A DNA stretch of 64,000 nt, taken from positions 8,742,001-8,806,000 of the forward strand of contig NC_043014.1 of the NCBI RefSeq assembly GCF_006345805.1. Reading direction: 5' to 3'. A program made the position numbers and the translations under genes. Source of the DNA: Octopus sinensis. Its lineage: Eukaryota. Positions 52,005 through 63,527 of this stretch are shown piece after piece. The stretch's first letter is position 1. Each line of letters opens with the position of its first letter. The notes under the pieces were generated by a model, which was not told where the DNA came from, searched no databases, and worked only from the letters and a program-made list of their open reading frames with translations.

Positions 52005-52395
52005 GAGAGGCGGGGGAGGGGAGGAGGAGGAGAAGAAGAGAAGGAGGAAGAGGAGGAGAAGGAGAAGAAGAAGAAGGAGGAGAAGAAGGAGGAAGAGGAG
52101 GAGAAGGAAGGAGGAGGAGAAGAAGAAGGAGAAGAAGAAGGAGGAGGAGAAGGAGAAGAAGAAGGAGGAGGAGGAGGAGAAGGAAGAGGAGAAGAAGAAG
52201 AAGGAGGAGGAGGAGGAGGAGGCAAAAAGCGAAGCGAGACAGTAAGGCAGAAAGGGAAAAAAGATACGGAAAGTTAGAGAAAGAGAGAAATAGAGGAAGA
52301 GAGAGAGAGAGAGAGAGATGGAAAGAGAAAGAAGGGAAGAGAGAGAGGGAGAGATGGAAAGAGAAAGAAGGGAAGAGAGAGAGGGAGAGATGAGA
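52005..52395. repeat. (GGA)/(GAA)/(GA) polypurine tract
   Basis: Direct inspection. Confidence 0.95.
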
Positions 52396-52414
52396 AGTAG
52401 CGAGAGTGATAAAT

Positions 52415-53370
52415 ATGAAACATCCAATCAACATCAAGATGTTTGGATAGATCACCAGTGATGGAGACATTATACCTCCATTCATCTTCCCACACGGCCT
52501 TAGACTCAACATGGAGGCCTACATCAAGTGCTTGGAGGAGGTTGTGCTGCCCTGGGTCAAGAGGGTGGCTGCTGGAAGAACCTATGTCTGGCAACAGGAG
52601 TGTGCACTATGTCACACAAACAGGAGAACCCAGTTATGACTGACGGACACTTTTTTCTGCGACCACATAACCCCTAACATCTGGTCACCTAACTCCACAG
52701 ACTCCAACCCCCTTGATTATTGTATGGTGTTTGGTAGAGAGCTGACTCTATCTCTCGTGTAAGCGCCATCCAACCAAGATGCAAATATTTGGGAAACTAC
52801 CACCTGTGTCGTCTCTTGTGAAAGGTAGGAGAGTCCAGTTTGCTGGACATTGTTGTAGAGCTGAAAAAGAGGTAATTTCTACTCTCCTCCTCTGGAAGCC
52901 ATCTACCCGCAATACCAAAGGGCGCACACTCTCCTACCCTGATGTAATCTCCAGGGATACAGGCATCCAGCAACAGGACCTCCGTAATGCTATGATGGAC
53001 CGTGAAGTCTGGCGTAGCATGGTAAATTCCATTGTCTCGACCACGGTCGAACAATGATGATGATGATTGTATGTTGGGCGCAGTTGAGCGAGAGACCAAC
53101 AAAACTCCTTGTAATACCAAAGATGAACTGAAGGCAAGGATTACGGCACCATTCACCAACTTAAGCCAGGAGACCGTCCAGAAGAGTTGAAGGAGATTCT
53201 CAAATTGTCTGGAGGCCGTGGTTGAAGCCAATGGCGATTTTATTGGACAAATTTACTCTTTAGTATTTCGAGATATTTTAATGTAATTTTGGTAATTATA
53301 TCTGTTAAAATGAGATGTTAGTGGTATTTTCATTTTTGCATAATTTAGACGATAGTTTATTCACAGGACA
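52415..53370 (+). pseudogene. Decayed maT/DD37D-like (Tc1/mariner superfamily) transposase split by a LINE insertion
   Basis: Manual translation KHPINIKMFG*ITSDGDIIPPFIFPHGLRLNMEAYIKCLEEVVLPWVK..YVWQQE..CH..IWSPNSTDSNPLDY, resuming after 53073 as GAVERETNKTPCNTKDELKARI. Confidence 0.85.
52727..53065 (+). mobile_element. 5'-truncated RTE-like LINE 3' end (C-terminus of the RT ORF, 52779-53057)
   Basis: RRVQFAGHC.R...LLLWKP...GR..SYPD...RDTG...AMMDREVWR; (TGA)n tail; TSD attgtatg at 52719-52726 and 53066-53073. Confidence 0.85.
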
Positions 53371-53410
53371 CATGGTATACATACATACGTGTGTGTGTGT
53401 GTGTGTGTAT

Positions 53411-53711
53411 GTGGAGGCGCAATGGCCCAGTGGTTAGTGCAGCGGACTCGCGGTCATAGGATCACGGTTTTGATTCCCAGACCGGGCATTGTGAGTGTTT
53501 ATTGAGCGAAAACACCTAAAGCTCCACGAGGCTCCGACAGGGGGTCGTGGTGATCCCTGCTTTACTCTTTCGCCACAACTTTCTCTCACTCTTTCTTCTG
53601 TTGGCCTGCTCACTTAGCCAGCGGGGTGGCGTCATTTGAAGGCTAAAACAATGCGAAGCGCATTGTGACCAGCGATGTTTAGCAACATCTGATAGCCTGG
53701 TCGGTCACGGT
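53411..53711 (+). mobile_element. SINE family C with a fourth tail type (tail end duplicated at ~53833-53888)
   Basis: Intact head and body, then ttggcctgctcacttagcc...ggtcggtcacggt. Confidence 0.85.
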
Positions 53712-54190
53712 AGATATATATATGTGTGTGTGCGTGTGAGTATATATGTGTGTGTGTGTATATATATGTATATGAGTGTGTGTGTGTATATATAAATATA
53801 TATATGTGTGTGTGTGTGTGTGTGTTTGTGTAAGCGCATTGTGACCAGCGATGTGTAGCAACATCTGATAGCCTGGTCGGTCACGGTGATATATATATAT
53901 GTGTGTGTGTGTGCGTGTGAGTATATGTGTGTGTGTGAGTATATATATGTATATGAGTGTGTGTGTATGTATATATGTGTGTGTGTATATATATATATGT
54001 ATGTGTGTTTGTGTGTGTATAAACATCTTGTAGAGAGAGGGGGCGGTGTAAGGAATTTAGGAAGCGGAGAAGAGAACCAAGTGGGAAGTGTTGGAACTTT
54101 AAAATTTCCTCATAACTATATATAGAAGAAATACGCATGCTAGTAAGACAGTGCTTTATAAAGACATACGTGTGTCTGTATATATATATA

Positions 54191-54229
<39 letters not shown>

Positions 54230-54620
54230 AGAGAGAGGGAGGGGCAGAGACGTGTTTAGACCAGACACAGAGGAAGGAAGGCAGGAAGGAAGGAAGGGGA
54301 AGTAAGAGAGAAGTATTAAAAGATTCCGCCAATTCAAATGTATGGATGTATTGTTTTTTTCTCTTTTGCTGCCTTCAGTCATTGGATTGCAGTCATTTTA
54401 GGGACAATCATCGAAGGGTTTTTTTGTCAAGCGAATCCAACTGAAGTACTGACTGTTGTGTATATATTGTTTCTGTCTTTTTTTTTTTTTTTTGCCGAAA
54501 CGCTAAGTAATAAGGACTTAAATAAAGAAAACCAACACCGGTTTTCGAACGCGGGACGATGACAAACGCAAAGTCCCCCCCACACACACACACATACACA
54601 CCATATATATTCTTCTATTC

Positions 54621-55004
54621 GTTTACTTGTTACAGTCAGTTGACTGTGGCCATGCTGGGGCACCGCCTTAAAGGGTTTTAGTCGAACAAAATCAACTCCA
54701 GGACTTATTTTTTAAAGCCCAGTATTTATTCATCTTCTTTGGCTGAACAGCTAAGTTACGGGGACGTAAGCACACCAACAGGTGACGGGGGTGTGTGACA
54801 AACACACCCATACACATACACACACACACACAAATATATATATGAAGGGCTTCTTTCAGTTTCCGTCTACCAAATCCACTCAGAAGGCTTTGGTCAGCCT
54901 GAGGCTATAGTAGAAGACACTTGCCCAAGGTGCCACGCAGTGTGACTGAACCCGGAACCATGTGGTTCGAAAGCAAGCTTCTTAGCATATAGCGACGCCT
55001 GCGC

Positions 55005-55006
<2 letters not shown>
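54621..55006 (-). mobile_element. SINE family A (older)
   Basis: Reverse-complement match with more divergence. Confidence 0.85.
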
Positions 55007-55043
<37 letters not shown>

Positions 55044-55645
55044 CCTACCTACCTACCTACCTATCCATCCATCCATCATCTATCTATATATCCATCCAAC
55101 CATCCATCCACCTGTCTATCTACCTATCTATCTATCTATCCATCCATCCATCTCTCTACCTACCTATCCATCCATCATCTATCTATCTATCCATCCATCC
55201 ACCTGTCTATCTACCCTATCTATCCATCCATCTATCTACCTGTCTATCTATCTATCTATCCATCCATCTCTCTACCTGTCTATCTATCTATCTATCCATC
55301 CATCTCTCTACCTACCTACCTATCCATCCATCATCTATCTATCCATCCATCCATCTATCTACCTGTCTATCTATCTATCTATCCATCCATCCATCTATCT
55401 ACCTGTCTATCTATCTATCTATCTATCTATCTACCTACCTACCTATCCATCCATCGTCTATATATCCATCCATCCATCTATCTACCTGTCTATCTATCTA
55501 TCTATCTATCTATCTACCTACCTACCTATCCATCCATCAGTCTATCTACTTATCCATCCATCTATCTATCTATCTATCCATATCCATCTATCTATCGATC
55601 TATCTATCAGTATCTCTCTCTCCCTCTCTCTATCTATCTATCTAT
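55007..55645. repeat. (CTAT)/(CCAT)/(CCTA) compound microsatellite
   Basis: Direct inspection. Confidence 0.95.
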
Positions 55646-56057
55646 GCACACACAGACACACACGTGCTCACACCTAAACCGTGTGCCTGTAGGTGTGAGC
55701 ACACGTGTGTTCTGCCTGTTCTAATTGTATGAGCCTTTGTTGTTCCCATGTTGAATGTAACAATAAACCCCTGGCAACCACCACCACCACCACCACCACC
55801 CCGACACTATATCTACGACTACTATGACCGTGACCTGCACAAACGTGTTCGAATGATCTGCACAGAGGGAGCAAGGTCATTGTGAGGGGGGTCTCGGGAG
55901 TAGAGAGCAGTGATCGTCAGCAACATCTGCAGCAGCTGTTTCTGTGCTGTGCCAACCGTCGCCACCGCCGCCGCCACCGTCTTCCTCAGCAGCAGCACCA
56001 TCATCATCACAACCATATAGCAACTGGTGCCTAAAGACAGCATGTGTGTGTGTGTAA

Positions 56058-56670
56058 GTGTGGCAGAAACGTTAGCACGCCGGGCGAAATGCGTAGCCGT
56101 ATTTCGTCTGCCGTTACGTTCTGAGTTCAAATTCCGCCGAGGTCGACTTTGCCTTTCATCCTTTCGGGGGTCGATAAGTAAAGTACCAGTTACGCACTGG
56201 GGTCGATATAATCGACTTAACCCCTTTGTCTGTCCTTGTTTGTCCCCTCTGTGTTTAGCCCCTTGTGGGCAGTAAAGAAATTGGTATTTCGTCATGCCGT
56301 TACGCTCTGAGTTCAAGTTCCGCCCAGGTCGACTTTGCCTTTCATCATTTCGGGGTCGATTAAATAAGTACCTATTTCTTTACTACCCACAAGGGGCTAA
56401 ACACAGAGAGGACAAACAAGGACAGACACACGGATTAAGTCGATTATATTGACCCCAGTGTGTAACTGGTACTTATTTAATCGACCCCGAAAGGATGAAA
56501 AGCAAAGTCAACCTCGGCGGAATTTGAACTCAGAACGTAACGCTGAGCATTTCGCCCGGCGTGCTAACGTTTCTGCCAGCTCGCCGCTCGATTAAATAAA
56601 TGCCAGTTATGCACTGGGGTTGATGTAATCGACTTAACTCCTTTGTTTGTCCTCTCTATGTTTAGCCTCC
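56058..56670. mobile_element. SINE family B dimer (+) with a full family B copy (-, ~56372-56587) nested inside
   Basis: tcgattaaataa is duplicated on both sides of the inverted copy. Confidence 0.85.
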
Positions 56671-57939
56671 TTTAATAATAATAATAATAATAATAAATAT
56701 GCAGTACCAGGCAGTGGCTCTCAGAGTTTCTTAACTGATTGGGAGTGCTATAATGTACATTGTTTTGTCCTGGTATAAAAGATGATAAATGTATGTATGT
56801 ATATATGTATTTATCTAGTATATCGTGGTGTGAGTTATAACATTGTGTGTGTGTGTGCGTGTGTCCATGTAATATAAACCTAATAGAAGCCAGACAAAGG
56901 TATCCACAATAGAAGTAAATCAATCGTGTGCCAATACGAGGTGGGAGCGTAGCGTTCCTTTCTAGGGTGGCAGAAACACGAGAAAGGAGATACTGGGGGG
57001 CTCAACCCTTGTCTCAGACACATGCACCTCACTGTCGTGAGAGAGAGAGAGAGAGAGAATGAATTAGTGAGAGAGAGAGAGAGAGAGAGTGAATGAATTA
57101 GTGTGAGTGTGTGAGAGAGAGAGAGAGAGAGAGTGAATGAATTAGTGTGAGTGTGAGAGAGAGAGAGAGAGAATGAATTAGTGTGAGTATGTGTGTGAGA
57201 GAGAGAGTGAATGAATTAGTGTGAGTGTGTGTGTGAGAGAGAGAGAGAGAATGAATTAGTGAGAGAGAGGGAGGGAGAGAGTAAGTGTGTGTGTGTGTGT
57301 ATGAACACAAGTGCATATGCTCACAAATATACAGATACTTACCCCTTGTTGTATAAGACTGATAACCTAAAACGTTAAAATTATGCCAGGAATGCAGGTG
57401 AATCGCAAGACAGTTGCCTATTTCAGCCAACTTATCCTGGAGCCAATCACTTTTGTACATCCTTAACTTAAGGTTCTTCTACAACTGAAAATACCAACCA
57501 CTGGGACACGTTAAACCTCAGGCAGTCAGCAGTATTGTAACATTTAATCTTCAGAATCTGTGAATGGTGACAGTTGGTGCCAGTAACAATTATTTGTCAA
57601 TAGGAACATTTGGATAAATTCATTTACCGTTCTTGTGGCCATTGTTTACAACTAAGGTGGTGTAAGTGTCTTGGTTATGGTCACAATGCAGTTTTTTCAA
57701 AAGCATTCTCAACAGCTTGGCGTATATAATCCTTTTTTGAACCCAAAGAGTTCATTAGAAATGTTTTATTTATTATACAGCATATATCTCCCCCACTCCA
57801 TGCCAACGCTTTGCCTACTTAATTTTCCAACGGCAGTGACCCACTACACTTCTTAAGTACTCTGACCACGTCACAATACAGTACCTGTTACAGGACACAC
57901 CAAATGAACTAAAAGGGGCCGTTACATTGACAAATACAG

Positions 57940-57975
57940 TACGAGGGGTTGCTGAAAAGTTCCTGGCTTTGGATA
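57940..57975 (+). mobile_element. Isolated mariner-type terminal inverted repeat fragment
   Basis: TACGAGGGGTTGCTGAAAAGTTCCTGGCTTT resembles mariner termini; no partner end seen. Confidence 0.5.
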
Positions 57976-58071
57976 AGAGAAAATACAGGAAGGTCAGTTA
58001 ACCTAATGTTATATACTCAAACCAGGACACACTAGATAAATACATATATACATACATACACGCATTTATGT

Positions 58072-58440
58072 CTTTACTGCCGAACAAGGGGCTAAACACA
58101 GAGAGGACAAACAAGGACAGACAGACGGATTAAGTCGATTATATCGATCCCAGTGCGAAACTGGCACTTAATTTATTGACCCCGAAACGATGAAAGGCAA
58201 GGGTGAGACCTCGGCGGAATTTGAACTCAGAACGTAGCGGCAGACGAAATACCAATTTCTTTACTACCCACAAGGGGCTAAACACAGAGGGGACAAACAA
58301 GGACAGACGAACGGATTAAGTCGATTATATCGATCCCAGTGCGTAACTGGTACTTAATTTATCGACCCCGAAATGATGAAAGGCAAGGGTGAGACCTCGG
58401 CCGAATTTGAACTCAGAACGTAGCGGCAGACGAAATACCA
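58072..58440 (-). mobile_element. SINE family B array running into the assembly gap
   Basis: Two units share a private variant, aaggcaagggtgagacctcgg. Confidence 0.85.
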
Positions 58441-58540
58441 NNNNNNNNNNNNNNNNNNNNNNNNNNNNNNNNNNNNNNNNNNNNNNNNNNNNNNNNNNNN
58501 NNNNNNNNNNNNNNNNNNNNNNNNNNNNNNNNNNNNNNNN
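58441..58540. other. Assembly gap (100 N)
   Basis: Run of N. Confidence 1.
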
Positions 58541-58674
58541 TATGTAAGTATGTATGTATGTATGCATGCATGTATCAGGTTTAATTATACCCGGTTTGTA
58601 ATATTAAATTAATGATTAATGGACAATTTAAAAGATTAGGAGATTAAAACAGAGTAAAATCTTATAACTATAAT

Positions 58675-58758
<84 letters not shown>

Positions 58759-58795
58759 TTGTACACGCGCACGTTCTCAGAGGTAGGCAAGCAAG

Positions 58796-58859
<64 letters not shown>

Positions 58860-58896
58860 CAGATGGATAGACAGAGAGGTAGGTAGGTAGATAGAC

Positions 58897-58978
<82 letters not shown>

Positions 58979-59853
58979 ACAGAGAGAGGTGGGAAATTAA
59001 CAGTTTTCGATTATTCAAAGAATTAGAAAATAAATGGTTTGATTAAATATGGTAATTATTTATAACACTTATAAATTCTATATAACAGTACAGTTAGAAA
59101 TATAAATCAATTTGAGTATAAAATATCAGTAAACAAACTCGGCTTCTACAGATTTAGCGTTTTATAAAGAACAACAAATATCTTATTATGGTGGATATTA
59201 TTTAACCGCCATAATTTAGCTTAATGCTCTGTCGGATTGTGTATGTGATGAATGGGAGATGCAATGGCTCAATGGTTAGGGCAGCGGACTCGCGGTCGTA
59301 GGTTCGCGGTTTCGATTCCCAGACCGGGCGTCGTGAGTGTTTATTGAGCGAAAACTACTGAAGCTCCGCGATGCTCTAGCAGGGCGGTGGTGGCGAACCT
59401 TGCTGTATGAGCAGGCTGTACCGTTGCATCCATTTCCAAGTAAGCTTTATCGTAATAATCCTGATGAGACACTAATGTTATCACTATACATATTTCTCTC
59501 TCTCTTACTCTTTTTATCTCTCTTTTTCTCTTTCATCCTTTCTCTAATTCTTCTCTCCCCACCCACCGTTCTCTATCTGTCCCTCTCTCTCCCTCATTCT
59601 TCCTCCTTGACTCTCGTTGCTTACACGTGACCAGCATTCATCTTTTTTTCCTAACTTGAATTTCTTTATTTCTTCTCGTTCAGCTACAGGAATAGAATGC
59701 ATTTTTGTCTGTCTCCTGTCAGAACTTGTTTCTCCAGCGTTTACCACTTCACCTCTTTATGGCTTTATGGTTTGTTTTCACTGTCCTGTTTTTGTTACCA
59801 ACTTTGACCCTCCGCAAATTCCAAATTTTATTTTTTTTACTTTGCAGGAGCAA

Positions 59854-59925
59854 CTGTTTTGACGAAGACGCATCTTGTCCTAATGCTCGAAATGCGGAGT
59901 AGATAAAACAGCAGACAACTGATGA
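59854..59925 (+). ncRNA. Degenerate hammerhead-like motif(s) at a PLE-like end (~59850-60062)
   Basis: ctgtt-TTGACGA-..gca/tgc..-GAAAT-gcgga-GTA-gataaaacag, then a second CTGATGA at 59919; a T-rich tail runs into (TA)n. Confidence 0.45.
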
Positions 59926-60369
59926 AGGGGCTGTTCTTTATGTTGCCTGTCTCGCTTTTCTCTTTGTTTCTTTCGTTGTTCGCGAAAAATGTTCGTTTTC
60001 CATGTTTTCGTATTTCATGTTATCGTTTTTTATATTGCTTACCTTTTTTGAGGTCCTATACCCATATATACATGTGTATATACATATACATGTAAGTATG
60101 TACATGTATGCATGTATGTATGCATATATATATATATTACTTATATTATGTGATTGAACGTCACGCATCCATTTCCATATATATATATATATATATATAT
60201 AAAGGGGTTTGTACGATTGTGTTAGAGGGATATATATTATTCAAAGAAATTCCAACTCTGTCTGTTTTTTTATGTTTTTTTATATTCTTTATAATATTAA
60301 TGTAGAATAAGAATATATAGTATAATAGTATATATAGTAAAATGAAATGAAGTATTGATTGTCTTATTG

Positions 60370-60455
60370 TATAGATGAAATATTGAATATCAAATATTAA
60401 GGACTAGTATACTTTCTTGCATTATAGCAGTCTTCAAGGTCCCAGGTTGTGACAG
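60370..60455 (-). mobile_element. Second copy of the 41480 variant-hammerhead element
   Basis: Near-identical to ~41479-41565. Confidence 0.75.
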
Positions 60456-61039
60456 AGAAAAGGTATAATATATATATATACATAAATTAGCATAAACAGC
60501 TAGGAGCAATGCAATACCGTAAAGGCAGAATTCAATTGTCACTAAAGGTAACTAATAAAGGCAAGTCACCTACATTGCTAGAAATAAGAGCTAACATTCT
60601 CTTAATGCTGAAGGAAAAGTGCAAATGCATACGCACAGGCTGAGAGGGGATGTAATCGCTCCACCGCCAACTCGAGAATTCCTTAGACTAAACTTTAGTT
60701 TCGCTTATTTTCGTCGGCATCGTCAGTAAGGACTGCTCCTTCGGCACTTATCGGGCAATTCCGTCTGTCAATACATATGTATTTACCATAAAATTCTGGG
60801 TTGACCAAAGTTTCAGTTTTAGGAGTGATATTTCGTTGACCGAAATACTGTATATCAGCGCGACAAAGAAGACGTTCTAAGATGATAGATTTAATCCGTA
60901 GCTTTTGTTTAACATCGTCATCTACATTTATCACAGCCCACCCAATATAATCGAGCGTTCGAGCCCCGTCTCCGATGCCGGATGAATTCCGTTTCCCCTC
61001 CCTTTTTTCCCCCTCCGATCTGTTTTAGAAACCGTGAAA

Positions 61040-61790
61040 CACGCCGCGTGAAATACTTAGCGGTATTTCGTCTGCTACTACTTTCTGAGTTCAAATTCCG
61101 CCAAGGTCGACTTTGCCTTTCATCCTTTCTGTCCTTGTTTGTCCCCTCTGTGTGTAGCCCCTTGTGGGTAGTAAAGAAATAGGTATTTCATCCCGTTACG
61201 CTCTGAGTTCAAATTCCGCCGAGGTCGACCTTGCCTTTCAGGGTCGATAAATAAGTACCAGTTATGCACTAGGGTCGTGGTAATCGACCTCATGCATTTG
61301 TTTGTCCCCACTATGTTTAGCCCCCTGTGGGCAATAAAGAAATATATATTTATTTTAATTAATCAGTCCGATGAGGTAGCTCTACGTCACTGATTTCTTT
61401 CTTTTCTACTCTAGACATACAGCCGGAAATTTATGGGGAATGGGGCCAGTCGATTAGATCGACCCCAATACACAACAGGTACTTAATTCATCGATACCAA
61501 AAGGATGAAAGGCAAAGTCGACCTCAGCGGAATTTGAACTCAAAACGTAAAGACAGACGAAATACCTATTTCTTTACCACCCACAAGGGGCTAAACACAG
61601 AGAGGATAAACAAGGACAGACAAACGGATTAAGTCGATTATATCGACTCCAGTGCGTAACTGGTACTTATTTAATCGACCCCGAAAGGATGAAAGGCAAA
61701 GTTGACCTCGGCGGAATTTGAACTCAGAACGTAACGGCAGACGAAATACTGCTAAGCATTTCGCCCGGCGTGCTTACGATTCTGCTAGCT
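61040..61790. mobile_element. Two SINE family B arrays (61040-61343 on +, 61400-61790 on -)
   Basis: Unit matches; the minus array ends in the alternative tail. Confidence 0.85.
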
Positions 61791-61875
61791 CCTCAGAAAT
61801 ATAGGAAACATTGAACACCTCTACATACGGGTGCAATAAGCTTCAGATAACGAGAGAACCGCTATAGTGTAGAGC

Positions 61876-62205
61876 AGTGAGGGCGCGTGGCTTAGTGTTT
61901 GGGGCATTCGGCTCATGATCGTAAGGTTGTGAGTTCGATTCCCGGCGACGCGTTGTGTCCTTGAGCAAGACACTTTATTTCACGTTGCTCCAGTCCACTC
62001 AGCTGGCAAAAATGAGTTGTACTTGTATTTCAAAGGGTCAGCCTTGTCACTCTCTGTGTCACGCTGATTATCCCCGAGAAGGGTACACGTGTCTGTGGAA
62101 TGCTCAGCCATTTGCACGTTAATTTCACGAGCAAGCTGTTCCGTTGATCGTATCAGCTGGGACCCTCGTCGTCGTAACCGGCGGAGAAAAAAAAAAAAAA
62201 AGAAG
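61876..62205 (+). mobile_element. SINE family D with poly(A) and a 12-bp TSD
   Basis: TSD atagtgtagagc at 61864-61875 and 62206-62217; V/CORE-like gtgtccttgagcaagacact. Confidence 0.9.
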
Positions 62206-62484
62206 ATAGTGTAGAGCTCTGCACATGGGCTGATAACAGAATTAGAGACGGGAACTTTACTGCGGGCTACCTCGTGAGCTGGTCCACGGAAGGGGGACTT
62301 CCGGTTACGCAGTACAGAAAGATGGGCATTAAGAGAGCCGGTCGTGTGTAGCTGCTTGAAGCGAAATAAGCAATACCCCGACACATTCTTGTTCCTGATT
62401 AAGCACGGCTTAAGTAAACTATGATAAAAACAAATCCCCTTCAAATCCCAGCCAACTTAGTCTTACTATCTATTACGTTTTAGA

Positions 62485-63068
62485 GATGGTGAACTGGGAG
62501 AAACGTTAGCACGCCGGGCGAAATGCTTAGCGGTATTTCGTCTGCGTTACGTTGTGAGTTCAAATTCCGCCGAGGTCGACTTTGCCTTTCATCCTTTCGG
62601 GGTCGATAAATTAAGTACCAGTTATGCACTGGGGTCGATGTAATCGACTTAATACCTATGTCTGTCCTTGTTTGTCCCCTCTGTGTTTAGCCCCTTGTGG
62701 GCAGTAAAGAAACAGGTATTTCCTCTGCCGCTACGTTCTGAGTTCAATTTCCGCCGAGGTCGATTTTGCCTTTCATCCATTCGAGGTCGATTAAATAAGT
62801 ATCAGTTACGCACTAGGGTCGATATAATCGACTTAATCCCTTTGTCTGTCCTTGTTTGTCCTCTCTGTGTTTAGCCCCTTGTGGGTGGTAAAGAAATAGG
62901 TATTTCCTCTCCCGTTACGTTCTGAGTTCAAATTCCGCCGAGGTCGACTTTGCCTTTCATCCGTTCGGGATCGATTAAATAAGTACCAGTTACGCACTGG
63001 GGTCGATATAATCGACTTAATCCCTTCGTCTGTCCTTGTTTGCCTCCCTGTGGGCAATAAAGAAATCA
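62485..63068 (+). mobile_element. SINE family B array (three units)
   Basis: One head followed by three units. Confidence 0.9.
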
Positions 63069-63246
63069 AAATGTCTCTCAAGTCACCCTCATCTGCATGC
63101 AGTAACTGAGTTAGTGTTGATAATCTACTGCGGTGAGCATTGAAAATCAATGTTTACATGGGAGGCAACTGAGGATAGCTTAGCATTATTTTACTAATTG
63201 TAAGTTATGTCCCTTAGTATCGAAATTAACGTTACAGTAAATAGAC

Positions 63247-63292
<46 letters not shown>

Positions 63293-63301
63293 GTAGGTAG
63301 G

Positions 63302-63345
<44 letters not shown>

Positions 63346-63527
63346 TAGACAGACAGACAGTTAGATAGACAGACAGCTAGATAGGCAGACAGATAGACAG
63401 CTAGTTGGACAGACACATAGCTGGATAGACAGACAGACAGACAGCTAGAAAGACAGACAGATATCTAGATAGACAGGCAGACAGCTAGACAGACGGACAG
63501 ATAGAGAGAGAGAGAGAGAGAGGGGGG

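Noticed and set aside
51954-52393. Poly-Glu/Gly, poly-Arg and poly-Leu ORFs
   Set aside because: They come from a GGA/GAA polypurine microsatellite read in several frames.
55740-56035. GC-richer stretch encoding His/Gln/Arg-rich peptides
   Set aside because: It consists of short trinucleotide runs, has no long plus-strand ORF or convincing splice pair, and resembles no family I recognise.
59455-59485. CTGATGAG (similar isolated CTGANGA at ~4574, 15725, 15902, 39835 and 40324)
   Set aside because: No correctly placed GAAA/NUH with complementary stems.
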